DNA of 62,937 nt, the filler included, from a bacterium (GTDB taxonomy: Bacteria; JBDRGX01): the NCBI GenBank assembly GCA_043817485.1. It is 6 parts of 6 records of this genome, joined end to end, with 100 filler letters (N's around TTAATTAATTAA, not from the genome) between each part and the next. Parts side by side here need not be neighbours in the genome. Positions count along the whole stretch, not along the records: positions 37,180 to 50,964 come from JBDRGX010000054.1; positions 51,065 to 55,915 come from JBDRGX010000056.1; positions 56,016 to 62,937 come from JBDRGX010000061.1; 3 more parts are not named here. One strand, written 5' to 3'. A program made the translations under genes and the position numbers. The notes beneath the pieces are model-generated. The model saw nothing but the letters and a program-made list of their open reading frames with translations. It was not told the DNA's origin and did no database searches. Below are positions 47,500 to 58,414 of the stretch, one piece after another; position 1 is the first letter of the stretch, and every line of letters begins with the position of its first letter.

Positions 47500-49257
47500 T
47501 TAATCAGCTTCCCATCTATATTCAAAATCTTCGTTTGCTAATGTTAATGTTTGTTTTAGTCGTTTGCTAATGTCTTGTCCACCAGGAATCATTGGAAGCA
47601 TACTAAAATAGTTGCGAATTGCAAAATTTATCCCCGCAAGACAAGCTTTAGTTTTAATCCAATTAGAAGGGCTAAATATTTTCCCTTGTGGTTGAGCTTC
47701 ATTAGCAGCAGCTTCTAATGCCATATTGACACTACTTCCACTAATGCTAATTATTTCAGTTACCATTCCATCTTGTTGGGCTTTTTCTAAACAACGACTC
47801 GGATTTGGAACTCTGTCTGATTCATTATTTGAAATTGCAAAGCACATTGATATAGCATAAAGATGATGATATGGCGCGTACGCTTTCATTGCAAGCAATG
47901 TTTCATTCAATCCGAGAGGATTTTGGTCAGTCCAACTTTTTAGAAGCTCTTTCGTCCAAAAATTAAGTGCGTGAGCGTTCTCTGGTTTATATTCCCGCTT
48001 AAAAAGTTGCTCAAAATATTTATCAAAAATTTTTGCTTCACTATATGAAATATTAGGTCTTTTAGAGTGCCAAGCAATTAAATATTTGCCAAGGTCGGAA
48101 AAGTCTAACACATAATTTTTGTCTTTGTCAGCAGGAGCTTGCTCGCCCCGTTTTGTAATGAAGTAACCGCTGGGATACTTTTGTTCAAAGAGTTTCTTTA
48201 AGTTCAAAACTCTTTTATCATTGCTTCTTAAATCACGGGGCTTGACAGCACTTTGAGAGTTTGTGTTAATACTTATTCTGTCTGCTCTTTCTCTTTGTGG
48301 AATTTCGTAAAACCTAAATAAAACAAAAGTGTCGTCTAATGTTTTTATTTTTTCACTACAATTTATAATAGTATTTAACGATTGACAACCGTTCACAACG
48401 CTTAACCCATTAAGTTTTAATTTGTGGTCTTGTAATTCAAGTTTATTGCAAATGGCAGTAATACCATTGTGAAAAAAGAAAAAGTCACGATGTTTGTCGC
48501 TGTATATTGTATTTTTTATCCCCTTATTTACTGCATTATTTAAACCCAAACTTTGTCTAACATTTTTTTGGAATAATGTTCCGTCCTTTATGCCAGGAAT
48601 GTTAATACATTCACTTAAAGGAATTGCAGCAACAATGACTTGCGTTCCCGCTATATTAAGAGGTAGAAAATGGCTGTTAGATAAATCTATTGTATGTTTA
48701 ATTGATGGATTTTCTCTTTCCAGTGCCAAATCATATCTTCTGTTTAACTCGTCTTTATCAATGACAGTTATTGATGATGGAAAATCTTCATTTTCAGCAA
48801 GGTCAGCTAATTGTTTTTGAAATGTTGCAAGGTCATTGTTTGCAGATTCTGTTAGAGTAGAAGTTGTAATCAATTCAAAAGCAACTTCATAATCGTCCTC
48901 AAGTGCTTTCGCAACTTCTGATAATTTCCTTTTCAATTTTATATTTCCAACCTCCTGTAATCTTACTATATCTCGTAATTGCAACCAAGAGGATAAAACT
49001 TCTCTCAAGGGTTCTGCGTCAACTGAAGAACTCCCAATAAACTTTCCTTGAATTGTAAAAATAGTTTGCTTATCATCATCAATTACGATAGCGTCAATTT
49101 GTTTGTCATCCGCACCGTCTGTGATGTCGTCTTTGGTTTCATTCATACTTCTTAAATGAATGTTCATTAAATACCAAGCAACAAATTTTTGTCCGTCATT
49201 TGAAAAATTTTGCTGGTAGTAATCTTGTTTGATTTCTTCTTTTATCTGTTTATACAT
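47500..49257 (-). CDS. AIPR family protein (abortive infection/RM-associated)
   Basis: DGADDKQIDA, LFQKNVRQSLG, FFFFHNGITAIC, VNGCQS, TNSQSAVKPRDLRSND. Visibly higher GC than flanks. Confidence 0.92.
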   Translation of the reverse strand: MYKQIKEEIKQDYYQQNFSNDGQKFVAWYLMNIHLRSMNETKDDITDGADDKQIDAIVIDDDKQTIFTIQGKFIGSSSVDAEPLREVLSSWLQLRDIVRLQEVGNIKLKRKLSEVAKALEDDYEVAFELITTSTLTESANNDLATFQKQLADLAENEDFPSSITVIDKDELNRRYDLALERENPSIKHTIDLSNSHFLPLNIAGTQVIVAAIPLSECINIPGIKDGTLFQKNVRQSLGLNNAVNKGIKNTIYSDKHRDFFFFHNGITAICNKLELQDHKLKLNGLSVVNGCQSLNTIINCSEKIKTLDDTFVLFRFYEIPQRERADRISINTNSQSAVKPRDLRSNDKRVLNLKKLFEQKYPSGYFITKRGEQAPADKDKNYVLDFSDLGKYLIAWHSKRPNISYSEAKIFDKYFEQLFKREYKPENAHALNFWTKELLKSWTDQNPLGLNETLLAMKAYAPYHHLYAISMCFAISNNESDRVPNPSRCLEKAQQDGMVTEIISISGSSVNMALEAAANEAQPQGKIFSPSNWIKTKACLAGINFAIRNYFSMLPMIPGGQDISKRLKQTLTLANEDFEYRWEAD

Positions 49258-49614
49258 ATTTTTTTTCCTTTTATTTAGGTTAATACATTCATTAATTACG
49301 AAAAAATTAACACCTTGTTTTTCTAAAATTTCTAAAATATGAAATTGAATAAAATTTAATAATAAAAAACTTATATTTATTTGTCAAATGTTTTTTTTAA
49401 AAAGGTTGTTACTAAATAAAAAAATAAAAAAAATTTTAAAATGGTTATTTTTTCATTTAATTATCTAATTTTCTAATCTATCTGTATTCGTAAATTAAAT
49501 GAATAATATATTTTTGATAAAAAGTAAAAAAATAATTAAAATATTTGACAAAAAAAATATAAGTCAATATACAAAAAACATTTGTAATTATAATATAAAA
49601 AAGGAGTTTTTAAA

Positions 49615-50964
49615 ATGGCTAAAGTTTATGAAATGATACCAAAAGATGTTAAAAAAATAAATACTTGTTTTAGACGAATTCAAACTAAATTTCCAGTTCC
49701 AGAATCTATTCCTATATTAGAAAATTTACAAAAATATGAACCTATATCTATGCAAGGACAACCTTTAATTGTTTGGGATAAAGCAAAAGATTTTCAAATT
49801 TTTGATAAATGGGGAAATATTTGGTTAGATTGGAGTAGTGGTGTTTTAGTAACAAATGCTGGACATAGTAATTCCAAAATACAAGAAGCTATTATTAATC
49901 AAGTTAATTATGGACTACTTCATAATTATTGTTTTCCAAGTGAAATGAGAGCAAAATTAGCAGAAAAATTAGTAAATCTTGCTCCAAAATCACTTGGTAA
50001 AGTTTTTTTACTTACTACTGGATCTGAAGCTACAGAATGTGTTTTAAAATTATCACGAACTTATGGTTTTAAAAATGGTGGTAAAGAAAAAATAAAAATG
50101 ATTTCTTTTACTGGTGCTTTTCATGGAAGAACATTAGGTTCTCAAATGATGGGTGGTATTCCATCTTTAAAAGATTGGATTATTAATTTAGATAAAGATA
50201 TACAACAAGTACCATTTCCAAATTGTTTTAGATGTCCATGGGGTAAAGAAAATTATCAAAATTGTGATAAAGAATGTTTTGAAAATTTTAAAAACTACTT
50301 ATCATCTATTTCTGTTTCTCCTAATCAAATAGCTGGAATTATTACTGAAACTTATCAAGGTGGTGGTTCTACATTTCTTCCCAAAGGATTTGTTAAATTA
50401 TTATCTAATTTTTGCAAAGAAAATGATATTCTTTTAACTTTTGATGAAGTGCAAGCTGGATTTGGTCGTACTGGAAAAATGTTTGCATTTGAACATTATG
50501 AAGTAGAGCCAGATCTTATTTGTTGTGGAAAAGGTATTACAAGCTCTCTTCCTTTATCAGCAGTTATTGGAAGAAATGATGTAATGGATCTTTATCAAGC
50601 TCGAGCAATGACAAGTACTCATACTGGAAATCCTGTATGTATAGCTGCAGCATTGGCAAGTATAGATTGTATTGTTGAAAATAATCTTGTTAAAAATGCT
50701 GATGAAATTGGTAAAATATTGTTAGAAGAATTAGAAAAAATTCAAAAAGATTTTAAAGATGTAGTTGGTGTTATTCAAGGAAAAGGATTAGTTTATGGAA
50801 TGCATATTGTTATGCCTAAAACAAAAACACCAAATCCAGATTTGGCTTTTGAACTTGTTGGTAAAGCAGTAGAAAAAGGATTAGCTCTTTTTACTCCAGT
50901 AGGAGAAGCAACTTTGAAAATAGCACCTCCATTAACAATTACAAAAGAAGCTATTAAAGATGGA
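49615..50964 (+). CDS. Class III PLP aminotransferase (GabT-like), 3' end at contig edge
   Basis: DWSSGV..NAGH, TGSEA.E, FHGRT, DEVQAGFGRTG, CGKG, THTGNP. Confidence 0.9.
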
Positions 50965-51064
50965 NNNNNNNNNNNNNNNNNNNNNNNNNNNNNNNNNNNN
51001 NNNNNNNNTTAATTAATTAANNNNNNNNNNNNNNNNNNNNNNNNNNNNNNNNNNNNNNNNNNNN
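50965..51064. other. Artificial contig-joining linker
   Basis: N44-TTAATTAATTAA-N44. Confidence 0.99.
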
Positions 51065-51104
51065 GTAATATTTCTATTTCCTATTTATCAATCAACATAT
51101 AAAC

Positions 51105-53186
51105 ATGAATATATTTTCTTCCATTCAATATTTAAAAGGGGTAGGACCTCAGAAAACAAAACTATTAAATAAAATTTCAATACATACTGTTTTGGACCTG
51201 CTTTATTATTTTCCCGTAGATTGGGACGATAGAACTAAAATAATAGATATTATTAATATCCTGCCAAATGAAAAAGCAATTATTACCGGGAAAATAATTT
51301 TACTCAGAGAAAAAAAAATAAAAAATAACCTGGGAATCCTGGAAATTCTTGTTGAAGACAAAACCGGAAGAATCTTTTTAAATATGTTTAAAGTCACAAA
51401 CATAAAATATGATGTTTTTGCAACTCTTAAAGAAAAATTGAAAATAAATGAAAGAATAATCTGCATAGGAAAGCCTGAATTTTTCGCAAATGAAATGAAA
51501 TTAAATGTAATTGAAATTGAAGTATTAAATGATGCTACAGTTACTCTGTTAAATATAAATAGAATTGTACCTGTGTACAATTTAACAGAAGGAATTGATA
51601 TTCATTTTTTCAGGAAAATAGTTTATGATTGTTTACAAAAGTTTATTTATGAAATTACTGAAACACTGCCGGAATATATAATAAAACAATTACAATTACA
51701 GAATTTGCATACGACTTTAAAAAACATACATTTTCCTGACTCAATAGAATCTAAAAATCTAGCCTACTTCAGATTAGTTTTTGAAGAATTTTTTTATTAC
51801 GAACTGGCTCTGTTCAAATCAAAAAAAAGCATTGAACAAATCAAAAAAAAACATAAATATGAAATAAAAAAAACCTTACTGAGTAAATTTAAAAATAATT
51901 TACAGTTTGAGTTTACAGCAGCACAAAAAAGAGTAATTAATGAAATCTTCAAAGATATGCAATTACAAAAACCCATGAACAGGCTCTTACAAGGAGATGT
52001 GGGAAGCGGAAAAACTATTGTAGCATTATCAGCTATAATATTAGCAATAGAAAACAATTATCAGACTGCTATTTTAGTACCTACTGAAATTCTTGCAAGT
52101 CAGCATTTTAATACAATAAAAAGCTTAATTTCCGGAATGGATATCAATATAGGCTTATTAATTGGTGGAAGTGGTAAAAAAGAAAAACAGACAATTTTAA
52201 GTAATTTAGCAGAAGGTAAAATTAATCTTTTAATAGGTACACATGCAATACTTGAAGAAAATATAAAATTTAATAATTTAAAATTTATTGTTATAGATGA
52301 ACAGCATAAATTTGGAGTCTATCAAAGAATGAAATTAATTTCTAAAGGAGATATTCCTGATATCCTTATAATGACAGCAACACCAATACCCAGAACTCTT
52401 GCAATGACAGTATATAGCGATTTGGATATTTCCTGTTTAGATGAACTACCTTTTCAAAAAAAGATAACTTCAATATTTTTAAAAGAATTTGAAGCATACG
52501 AATTTCTAAGAAATAAACTAAAAGAAAACAATCAAGCATATATAGTATATCCTCTGATAGAAGAATCGGAAAAAATTGATGCTGCAGCCTGTAAAGTTAT
52601 GTATGAAAAATTTAAAACTGATATTTTTCCTGAATTTTCAATTGCACTTTTACATGGAAGACTAAAGAATACAGAAAAAGAAAAAATTATAAATGATTTT
52701 AAAAACAAAAAAACTGATATTCTGGTTTCAACTTCAGTAGTTGAAGTAGGAATCGATGTTCCGGATGCATCATTGCTTTTAATTGAAAATTATGAAAGAT
52801 TCGGTCTTACAACTTTACATCAAATAAGAGGTAGAATAGGAAGAAAAGGTCAACAGGCTTACTGCTTATTTACCGGTCATGCTTACACTCCCGAAGCTAA
52901 AAAGAGATTAAGCATTATGCTTTCAACAATTGATGGATTTAAAATATCTGAAGAAGATCTATCTATGCGGGGACCGGGAGAAATTTTAGGCTCATACCAG
53001 CACGGAATGCCGGATTTCAAAATTGGAAACATTTTAAAAGACCGTCATATAATTAATTTTTCCAGGAATCTATCTTCTGAAGTTATAAATGAAGATTATA
53101 ATTTATATTCTGAAAAAAATAAAATAATAAAAAAAGAGTTTTATAGAAGATTTAAAAATAGAATACAATTCGTTGGAGTAGGATAA
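51105..53186 (+). CDS. recG: ATP-dependent DNA helicase RecG
   Basis: LKGVGP, RLLQGDVGSGKT, IDEQHKFG, MTATPIPRTL, LHQIRGRIGR, DL.MRGPGE. Confidence 0.97.
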   Translation: MNIFSSIQYLKGVGPQKTKLLNKISIHTVLDLLYYFPVDWDDRTKIIDIINILPNEKAIITGKIILLREKKIKNNLGILEILVEDKTGRIFLNMFKVTNIKYDVFATLKEKLKINERIICIGKPEFFANEMKLNVIEIEVLNDATVTLLNINRIVPVYNLTEGIDIHFFRKIVYDCLQKFIYEITETLPEYIIKQLQLQNLHTTLKNIHFPDSIESKNLAYFRLVFEEFFYYELALFKSKKSIEQIKKKHKYEIKKTLLSKFKNNLQFEFTAAQKRVINEIFKDMQLQKPMNRLLQGDVGSGKTIVALSAIILAIENNYQTAILVPTEILASQHFNTIKSLISGMDINIGLLIGGSGKKEKQTILSNLAEGKINLLIGTHAILEENIKFNNLKFIVIDEQHKFGVYQRMKLISKGDIPDILIMTATPIPRTLAMTVYSDLDISCLDELPFQKKITSIFLKEFEAYEFLRNKLKENNQAYIVYPLIEESEKIDAAACKVMYEKFKTDIFPEFSIALLHGRLKNTEKEKIINDFKNKKTDILVSTSVVEVGIDVPDASLLLIENYERFGLTTLHQIRGRIGRKGQQAYCLFTGHAYTPEAKKRLSIMLSTIDGFKISEEDLSMRGPGEILGSYQHGMPDFKIGNILKDRHIINFSRNLSSEVINEDYNLYSEKNKIIKKEFYRRFKNRIQFVGVG

Positions 53187-53244
53187 AAATAATTTATTTG
53201 ATTTACAATTTTTATTAATTAAATAAAATTATGAATAAATACAT

Positions 53245-54447
53245 ATGGCAAATATTTTAATTGTTGATGATGAAGATGATATAAGATATGTCCTTTCACT
53301 TCTTTTAAAAAGCGAAGGTTTTGGAGTATTAGAAGCTTCCGATGGTAAAACAGCTTTTGAAATTTTAAAAACAAATGCTGTAGACTTAATCCTATTAGAT
53401 ATTGTTCTTCCTGATATAAATGGTGTTCAAGTTTTAAAGGAAATAAAAAAACAATACAAAACCCCTGTCATTATGATAAGCGGTTACGGAAACATTCAAG
53501 CAGCAATTGAATCGATGAAGATTGGTGCAGTGGATTATGTTCCTAAACCATTTGATAATGAAAAATTACTGGATTTAATTGCCAAGACATTGGAAAAACA
53601 AAGTTTTGGAAAAGAAAAAGGCTTATTAAAAAGCAGGCTTTTACAATCATTTTTCGGAAAAGAAAAAGTTGATAAAGAAGAAATTGAATTACCAAAAAGA
53701 AAAAATTATTCTTTTCATATTTTATATTTTTTATTATTCATAATATTAGCTTATTTTGGGATTGGAATTATTAAAAATATTCTATCAAATTCTTTTAATC
53801 TGGCATATAATCATCCATCCGGACTGGCTTATAAAAACGGCAAATTTTATATTTCAGACTGGTATTCAAGAAATATTTATGTTCATAAATTATTTCCTAA
53901 TTTCAAAATTAGAAATATTTTTTACTTGAAAGAAGAAGTACCTTTCGGTATTACTATTGAAAATGATTATATCTGGATTTGTGATAACTGGACCAAAAAA
54001 GTCTATAGATATAAATTAGTAAATATGAAAAAAATAACAGAATATGATTTGCCGAATATAAATCCTTCAGGAATTACTTATGATGGAAAATACTTATGGA
54101 TTTCTGATATTAATTCCAGGACAATAACTAAACATAATATTGATGAATCTTTATCGATTGAAAAAAAATTCCATTTTGATAATTTGTCACCCATTGCTCT
54201 ATTCTGGAAAGATAATACAATATGGAGTGCAGATGAAAAATCAGGCATTATAAATAAACATAGGATAGATGGAACTCTTTCTATCGAAAAATCATTTATA
54301 CCTATTCAACTTGCAAGTGGGGAACTGAAAATGTTATCTGCCGGAACAGACGGTAAAAGTATTTACATCCTTACAGTATCTGAAAATAAAGGCATAATTT
54401 TACGACAGAATCACAAAACTCTTATTCCTACAAATGAAAACAAATAA
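53245..54447 (+). CDS. Receiver domain - single TM helix - beta-propeller fusion protein
   Basis: REC domain with ILIVDD, LLDIVLP, MISG, KP; one TM helix (HILYFLLFIILAYFGIGII); repeats PSGLAY..FYISD, PFGITI..IWICD, PSGITYDG.LWISD, PIALFW..IWSAD. Confidence 0.85.
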   Translation: MANILIVDDEDDIRYVLSLLLKSEGFGVLEASDGKTAFEILKTNAVDLILLDIVLPDINGVQVLKEIKKQYKTPVIMISGYGNIQAAIESMKIGAVDYVPKPFDNEKLLDLIAKTLEKQSFGKEKGLLKSRLLQSFFGKEKVDKEEIELPKRKNYSFHILYFLLFIILAYFGIGIIKNILSNSFNLAYNHPSGLAYKNGKFYISDWYSRNIYVHKLFPNFKIRNIFYLKEEVPFGITIENDYIWICDNWTKKVYRYKLVNMKKITEYDLPNINPSGITYDGKYLWISDINSRTITKHNIDESLSIEKKFHFDNLSPIALFWKDNTIWSADEKSGIINKHRIDGTLSIEKSFIPIQLASGELKMLSAGTDGKSIYILTVSENKGIILRQNHKTLIPTNENK

Positions 54448-55762
54448 AAAATACCTGTTTATAACTATATTTTTTATTGTTTTTTATATATTTCCAGGTG
54501 AAAAAAACCATTTATTTAACTATATTGACTTTTCTGACTATACTGGTTTTAAAATATCCTTTTCATTAATAGAAATAATATTTGAACCTTATTTCGGTTT
54601 AATAAGATTTTTAGGCTCTATTCCATATTGGGAGAATTTTTTATATTTGTCCTCTCTCTGGATTATATTATTTACCGGTTTATATTCTATTTTTAAAAAA
54701 AAATATTTATCATTTCTTTTTAAGAATATACTGCTTTTTGCTATTTTCATATCAACCGTAGTTTTTTCTTTTACATTTCCAATTAAAATAAAAAAAAATA
54801 CCGGTTTATTTTTAACAGATACACAAAGCCATACCTTTTATTCCTGGGATGGTCTGTATTCTCCGGAATATAATCGTAAATGGCACAAAAATAATGGTTA
54901 TGATTTCAATTATATTACTGATCATTGGAATTATAATGCTAAACGCTTTTCTTCAATAAAAAATAGTTTTCATGATATTTTTTTTGGTATGGAAACTGCT
55001 TTAAACGGTGCTTATTACTTAATCAATGAAGAAATAAGTCAGCTCTCAGATTTAGAGAAAATAATCAATGAAGGTAAGGCGATTTCACTTTTTTACTGGA
55101 ATAATAAAAATTTAAAAACATTAAAAGATAAATCATTCTATGGGTATGAAATTTACAATCAAGGACATCCACAATTTTCCCTATCTAAACGAGTGGATTT
55201 TTTAAATGAAATTAAATTAAAAAAAATAAAAGTTTTTGCAGGTACGGACTGGCATGGCTATCTATCTTTTTCCTGGTGCTGGACAGTGATAGAGACTGAT
55301 AATAAAACATTAAATAAAACAGATATTGATAAATTTATTTATAGTTTCGAAGAAAACAACTCAAGCATTACAACCCGGGTTATTTTATATGGGAAAACAA
55401 TAGTTCACAAAATAAAACCTTCTTTTTTTGAACCATTTAGAAGTCTTTTTATTTATTTTACAGGACTTGATATAAAAGGAATCATATCCTGGTATATTTT
55501 CTTTTGTTTAATCATATTTTTACAAAATAAAAAATTATTACAACCTGTTCTTAATTTCATATTTTTAATATGGTTTATAAGACTTTTTTTCTTAGGTTTA
55601 ATTTTTAGAACTAATTACTTAATTTTAATTGGGAAAAATCTGGTGTTAAATGATTTATCAAGCTTTCTTCTAATATTTAGTGGAATATTTATTTTTTATT
55701 TCTTTTCTAAAATATTTGATAAATTTTATTATCATTACAACAATAATTTCTTTAATAAATAA
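54434..55762 (+). CDS. Polytopic membrane protein with central PHP-family phosphoesterase domain
   Basis: DTQSHT.YS.DG, ITDH, GME, GTDWH motifs between TM clusters. Overlaps the upstream gene by 14 bp. Confidence 0.75.
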   Translation: MKTNKKYLFITIFFIVFYIFPGEKNHLFNYIDFSDYTGFKISFSLIEIIFEPYFGLIRFLGSIPYWENFLYLSSLWIILFTGLYSIFKKKYLSFLFKNILLFAIFISTVVFSFTFPIKIKKNTGLFLTDTQSHTFYSWDGLYSPEYNRKWHKNNGYDFNYITDHWNYNAKRFSSIKNSFHDIFFGMETALNGAYYLINEEISQLSDLEKIINEGKAISLFYWNNKNLKTLKDKSFYGYEIYNQGHPQFSLSKRVDFLNEIKLKKIKVFAGTDWHGYLSFSWCWTVIETDNKTLNKTDIDKFIYSFEENNSSITTRVILYGKTIVHKIKPSFFEPFRSLFIYFTGLDIKGIISWYIFFCLIIFLQNKKLLQPVLNFIFLIWFIRLFFLGLIFRTNYLILIGKNLVLNDLSSFLLIFSGIFIFYFFSKIFDKFYYHYNNNFFNK

Positions 55763-55915
55763 AATAATTTTATTCATATATATTATTTAATGAAAAAAAA
55801 CATTTATAAGCATTTGCAAAAGATAAATTAAAACAAAAATAACATAATATTTTAGATAAGTTATTGAAAAAAAACAAAATATTTATAGAATTCATAGCTA
55901 TAAATGTTTCCATAA

Positions 55916-56015
55916 NNNNNNNNNNNNNNNNNNNNNNNNNNNNNNNNNNNNNNNNNNNNTTAATTAATTAANNNNNNNNNNNNNNNNNNNNNNNNNNNNN
56001 NNNNNNNNNNNNNNN
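55916..56015. other. Artificial contig-joining linker
   Basis: N44-TTAATTAATTAA-N44. Confidence 0.99.
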
Positions 56016-57212
56016 TTTTTTTCTTAAACAATATTTGACAATTTCCCCACATATTTGATAACTTTTTCTAAAAGGAACTCCTTTTTTTGTTAAATAATCA
56101 GAAATTTCTGAAGATGTAGAAAATCCTTTTTTTAACATTTGTTCCATATTAAAAGAGTTAATTTTCATTGTTTCAAAAATTTTTGAATAAATTAATAAAG
56201 AGTTTTTAGTAATATCAATGGTATCAAATAAAGGAATTTTATCTTCTTGTAAATCCCTATTATAACTCGAAGGCAAACCTTTCAATAAAGTCAATAAAGA
56301 TATAAGATTTCCATAAACTCTACCAGTTTTTCCTCTTATAAGTTCTAAAATATCAGGATTTTTTTTATGAGGCATAATACTACTGCCAGTACAAAAAGAA
56401 TCATCTAATTCAATAAAATTAAATTCTATAGTTGACCAAATAATAAGATCTTCAGAAAAACGAGAAAGATGCATCATTATAATTGCGCAAGTATTTAAAA
56501 ATTCTATCATAAAATCACGATCTGATACTGTATCTAAACTATTTTCAGAAATTGCTGAAAAATTCAATTCTTTTGCTACAAAATTTCTATCAATAGAAAA
56601 AGATGTCCCTGCTAAAGCACAAACACCCAATGGTAAAATATTTGTTCTTTTATATACTTCTTTTAATCTTTCTGTATCTCTTTCAAAAGAAGTGATATGA
56701 GACAACCAATAATGAGCAAGTGAAATTGGTTGTGCATGTTGAAGATGTGTGTATCCCGGCATAATAACATTTATATCTTTTTGAGCACGAGATAATAAAG
56801 TATCTTGTATCTTTTGAATTAATTCTACTATGTTTTTAATTTCATCCTTTAAAAATAAACGAATATCTAACACTACTTGATCATTTCTACTACGAGCAGT
56901 ATGAAGTTTTTTTCCTACTTCTCCAATTTTTTCAATTAACTTAATTTCAATATTAGAATGTATATCTTCATTTTCTAAACTAAATTTAAAGATACCTTTT
57001 TCAATTTCTTTTTCAATTTCTTTTAAGCCCTTAATAATTTGATTACATTCTTTTTGTAAAATAATTTTACATTTAGCCAACATTTTAGTATGAGCAATAC
57101 TTCCTATAATATCATATTTATACAATCTTGCATCAAAAGAAATGGATGCTGTAAATTCTTCTACTAATTTATCTACATCTTTAGAAAACCTTGCTTGCCA
57201 AACTTTTTTCAT
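56016..57212 (-). CDS. argH: Argininosuccinate lyase (3' partial)
   Basis: W.ARF, EDIH, LHTARSRNDQ, PGYTHLQ.AQP, GSSIMP.KKNPD, YNRDLQEDK. ATGA overlap with the argG stop. Confidence 0.97.
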
Positions 57213-58414
57213 TTTTTCTTTTCTCCTAATGTTTTCAAACTCATTCCCCATAATTCAATAAAGCCCTTAGCTAATTTTTGATCAAAAACATCTTCTTTTC
57301 CATAAGTAGCTAATTGATGTCTATACAAAGAATAATCTGATTTTCTTCCAACAACACAACAATTTCCTTTATATAATTTTATTCTAATAACACCCGTTGT
57401 CCGAATATGAAGTTTATTCATAAACTCATCGATAGCTTCTCTTAAAGGAGAACACCAAAGTCCATAATATACTAAATCTGCATATTTTAAACTTAAAAGT
57501 TGTTTATAATGCAAGGTTTCTCTATCTAAAACAAGTGTTTCTAAATCAGATAAAGCAGTATATAAAATAGTTCCTGCTGGAGATTCATATATTTCTCGAG
57601 TTTTAATTCCAACAAGCCGACTTTCAATCATATCCACTCTTCCAATACCATACTTACCACCTATTTCATTTAATTTTTGAATTAAATTTACACCATCATA
57701 TTTTTTATCATCTATTTTTACTGGAATACCGTTTTCAAAAGAAATTTCTAAATACTTTGAATTAGATGGAGTTTTATTAAGAGAAGTAGTTAATTGATAA
57801 ATATCTTCTTGTGGTTCTTTTTCTAAATTTTCTAAATCTCCACTTTCTATTGCTAAATGCCAAAGATTTTTATCTAAACTATAAGGAGATTTTTTAGTTG
57901 CTTCAATTGGAATATTATATTTTTGAGCATATTCTATTTCCATTTCTCTTGTTTTTAATTCCCATTCTCTTAAAGGAGCAAGAATTGTTAAAGTTGGATC
58001 TAAATAAGAAATAGTAAGTTCAAGCCGTACTTGATCATTACCTTTTCCAGTACAACCATGAACAACAATATTTGCTTTTTCTTGATGTGCAATTTCTACT
58101 ATTTTTTGAGCAATTAAAGGACGAGATAAAGCAGTTCCTAAAAGATATTGTTTTTCATAAATAGCTCCAGCTTTTAAACTTGGCCAAATATAATTTTCTA
58201 CAAATTCTTTTTTTAAATCTAAAATATAAATTTTACTTGCACCAGATGCTTTAGCTTTTTTGGTTAAAAAATCAGCATCTATTCCTTGTCCAACATCAGC
58301 AACTACAGCTATTATTTCAGCTTTATATTTTTTTTTAAGCCAATGAAGCATTACTGAAGTATCTAATCCTCCAGAATAAGCTAAAACAATTTTTTCTATT
58401 TTCTTAGAAGCCAT
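57209..58414 (-). CDS. argG: Argininosuccinate synthase
   Basis: LAYSGGLDTS, HGCTGKGNDQVR, S.D.NLWH...E, R.VGIK.RE.YE.P. Confidence 0.98.
   Translation of the reverse strand: MASKKIEKIVLAYSGGLDTSVMLHWLKKKYKAEIIAVVADVGQGIDADFLTKKAKASGASKIYILDLKKEFVENYIWPSLKAGAIYEKQYLLGTALSRPLIAQKIVEIAHQEKANIVVHGCTGKGNDQVRLELTISYLDPTLTILAPLREWELKTREMEIEYAQKYNIPIEATKKSPYSLDKNLWHLAIESGDLENLEKEPQEDIYQLTTSLNKTPSNSKYLEISFENGIPVKIDDKKYDGVNLIQKLNEIGGKYGIGRVDMIESRLVGIKTREIYESPAGTILYTALSDLETLVLDRETLHYKQLLSLKYADLVYYGLWCSPLREAIDEFMNKLHIRTTGVIRIKLYKGNCCVVGRKSDYSLYRHQLATYGKEDVFDQKLAKGFIELWGMSLKTLGEKKK

Noticed and set aside
1201-52057. Numerous short antisense/overlapping ORFs in the track (e.g. 1201-1416, 5170-5571, 9656-9973, 34448-34819, 48494-48820, 51206-51580, and 28902-29108 and 38608-38808 over repeats)
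   Set aside because: Shadow frames of well-supported genes or of repeats, with no motifs or RBS.
16857-56015. Five identical TTAATTAATTAA motifs within N runs as a biological repeat, and gene neighbourhoods spanning them
   Set aside because: Artificial six-frame-stop linkers joining contigs. ORFs running into X residues are artefacts.
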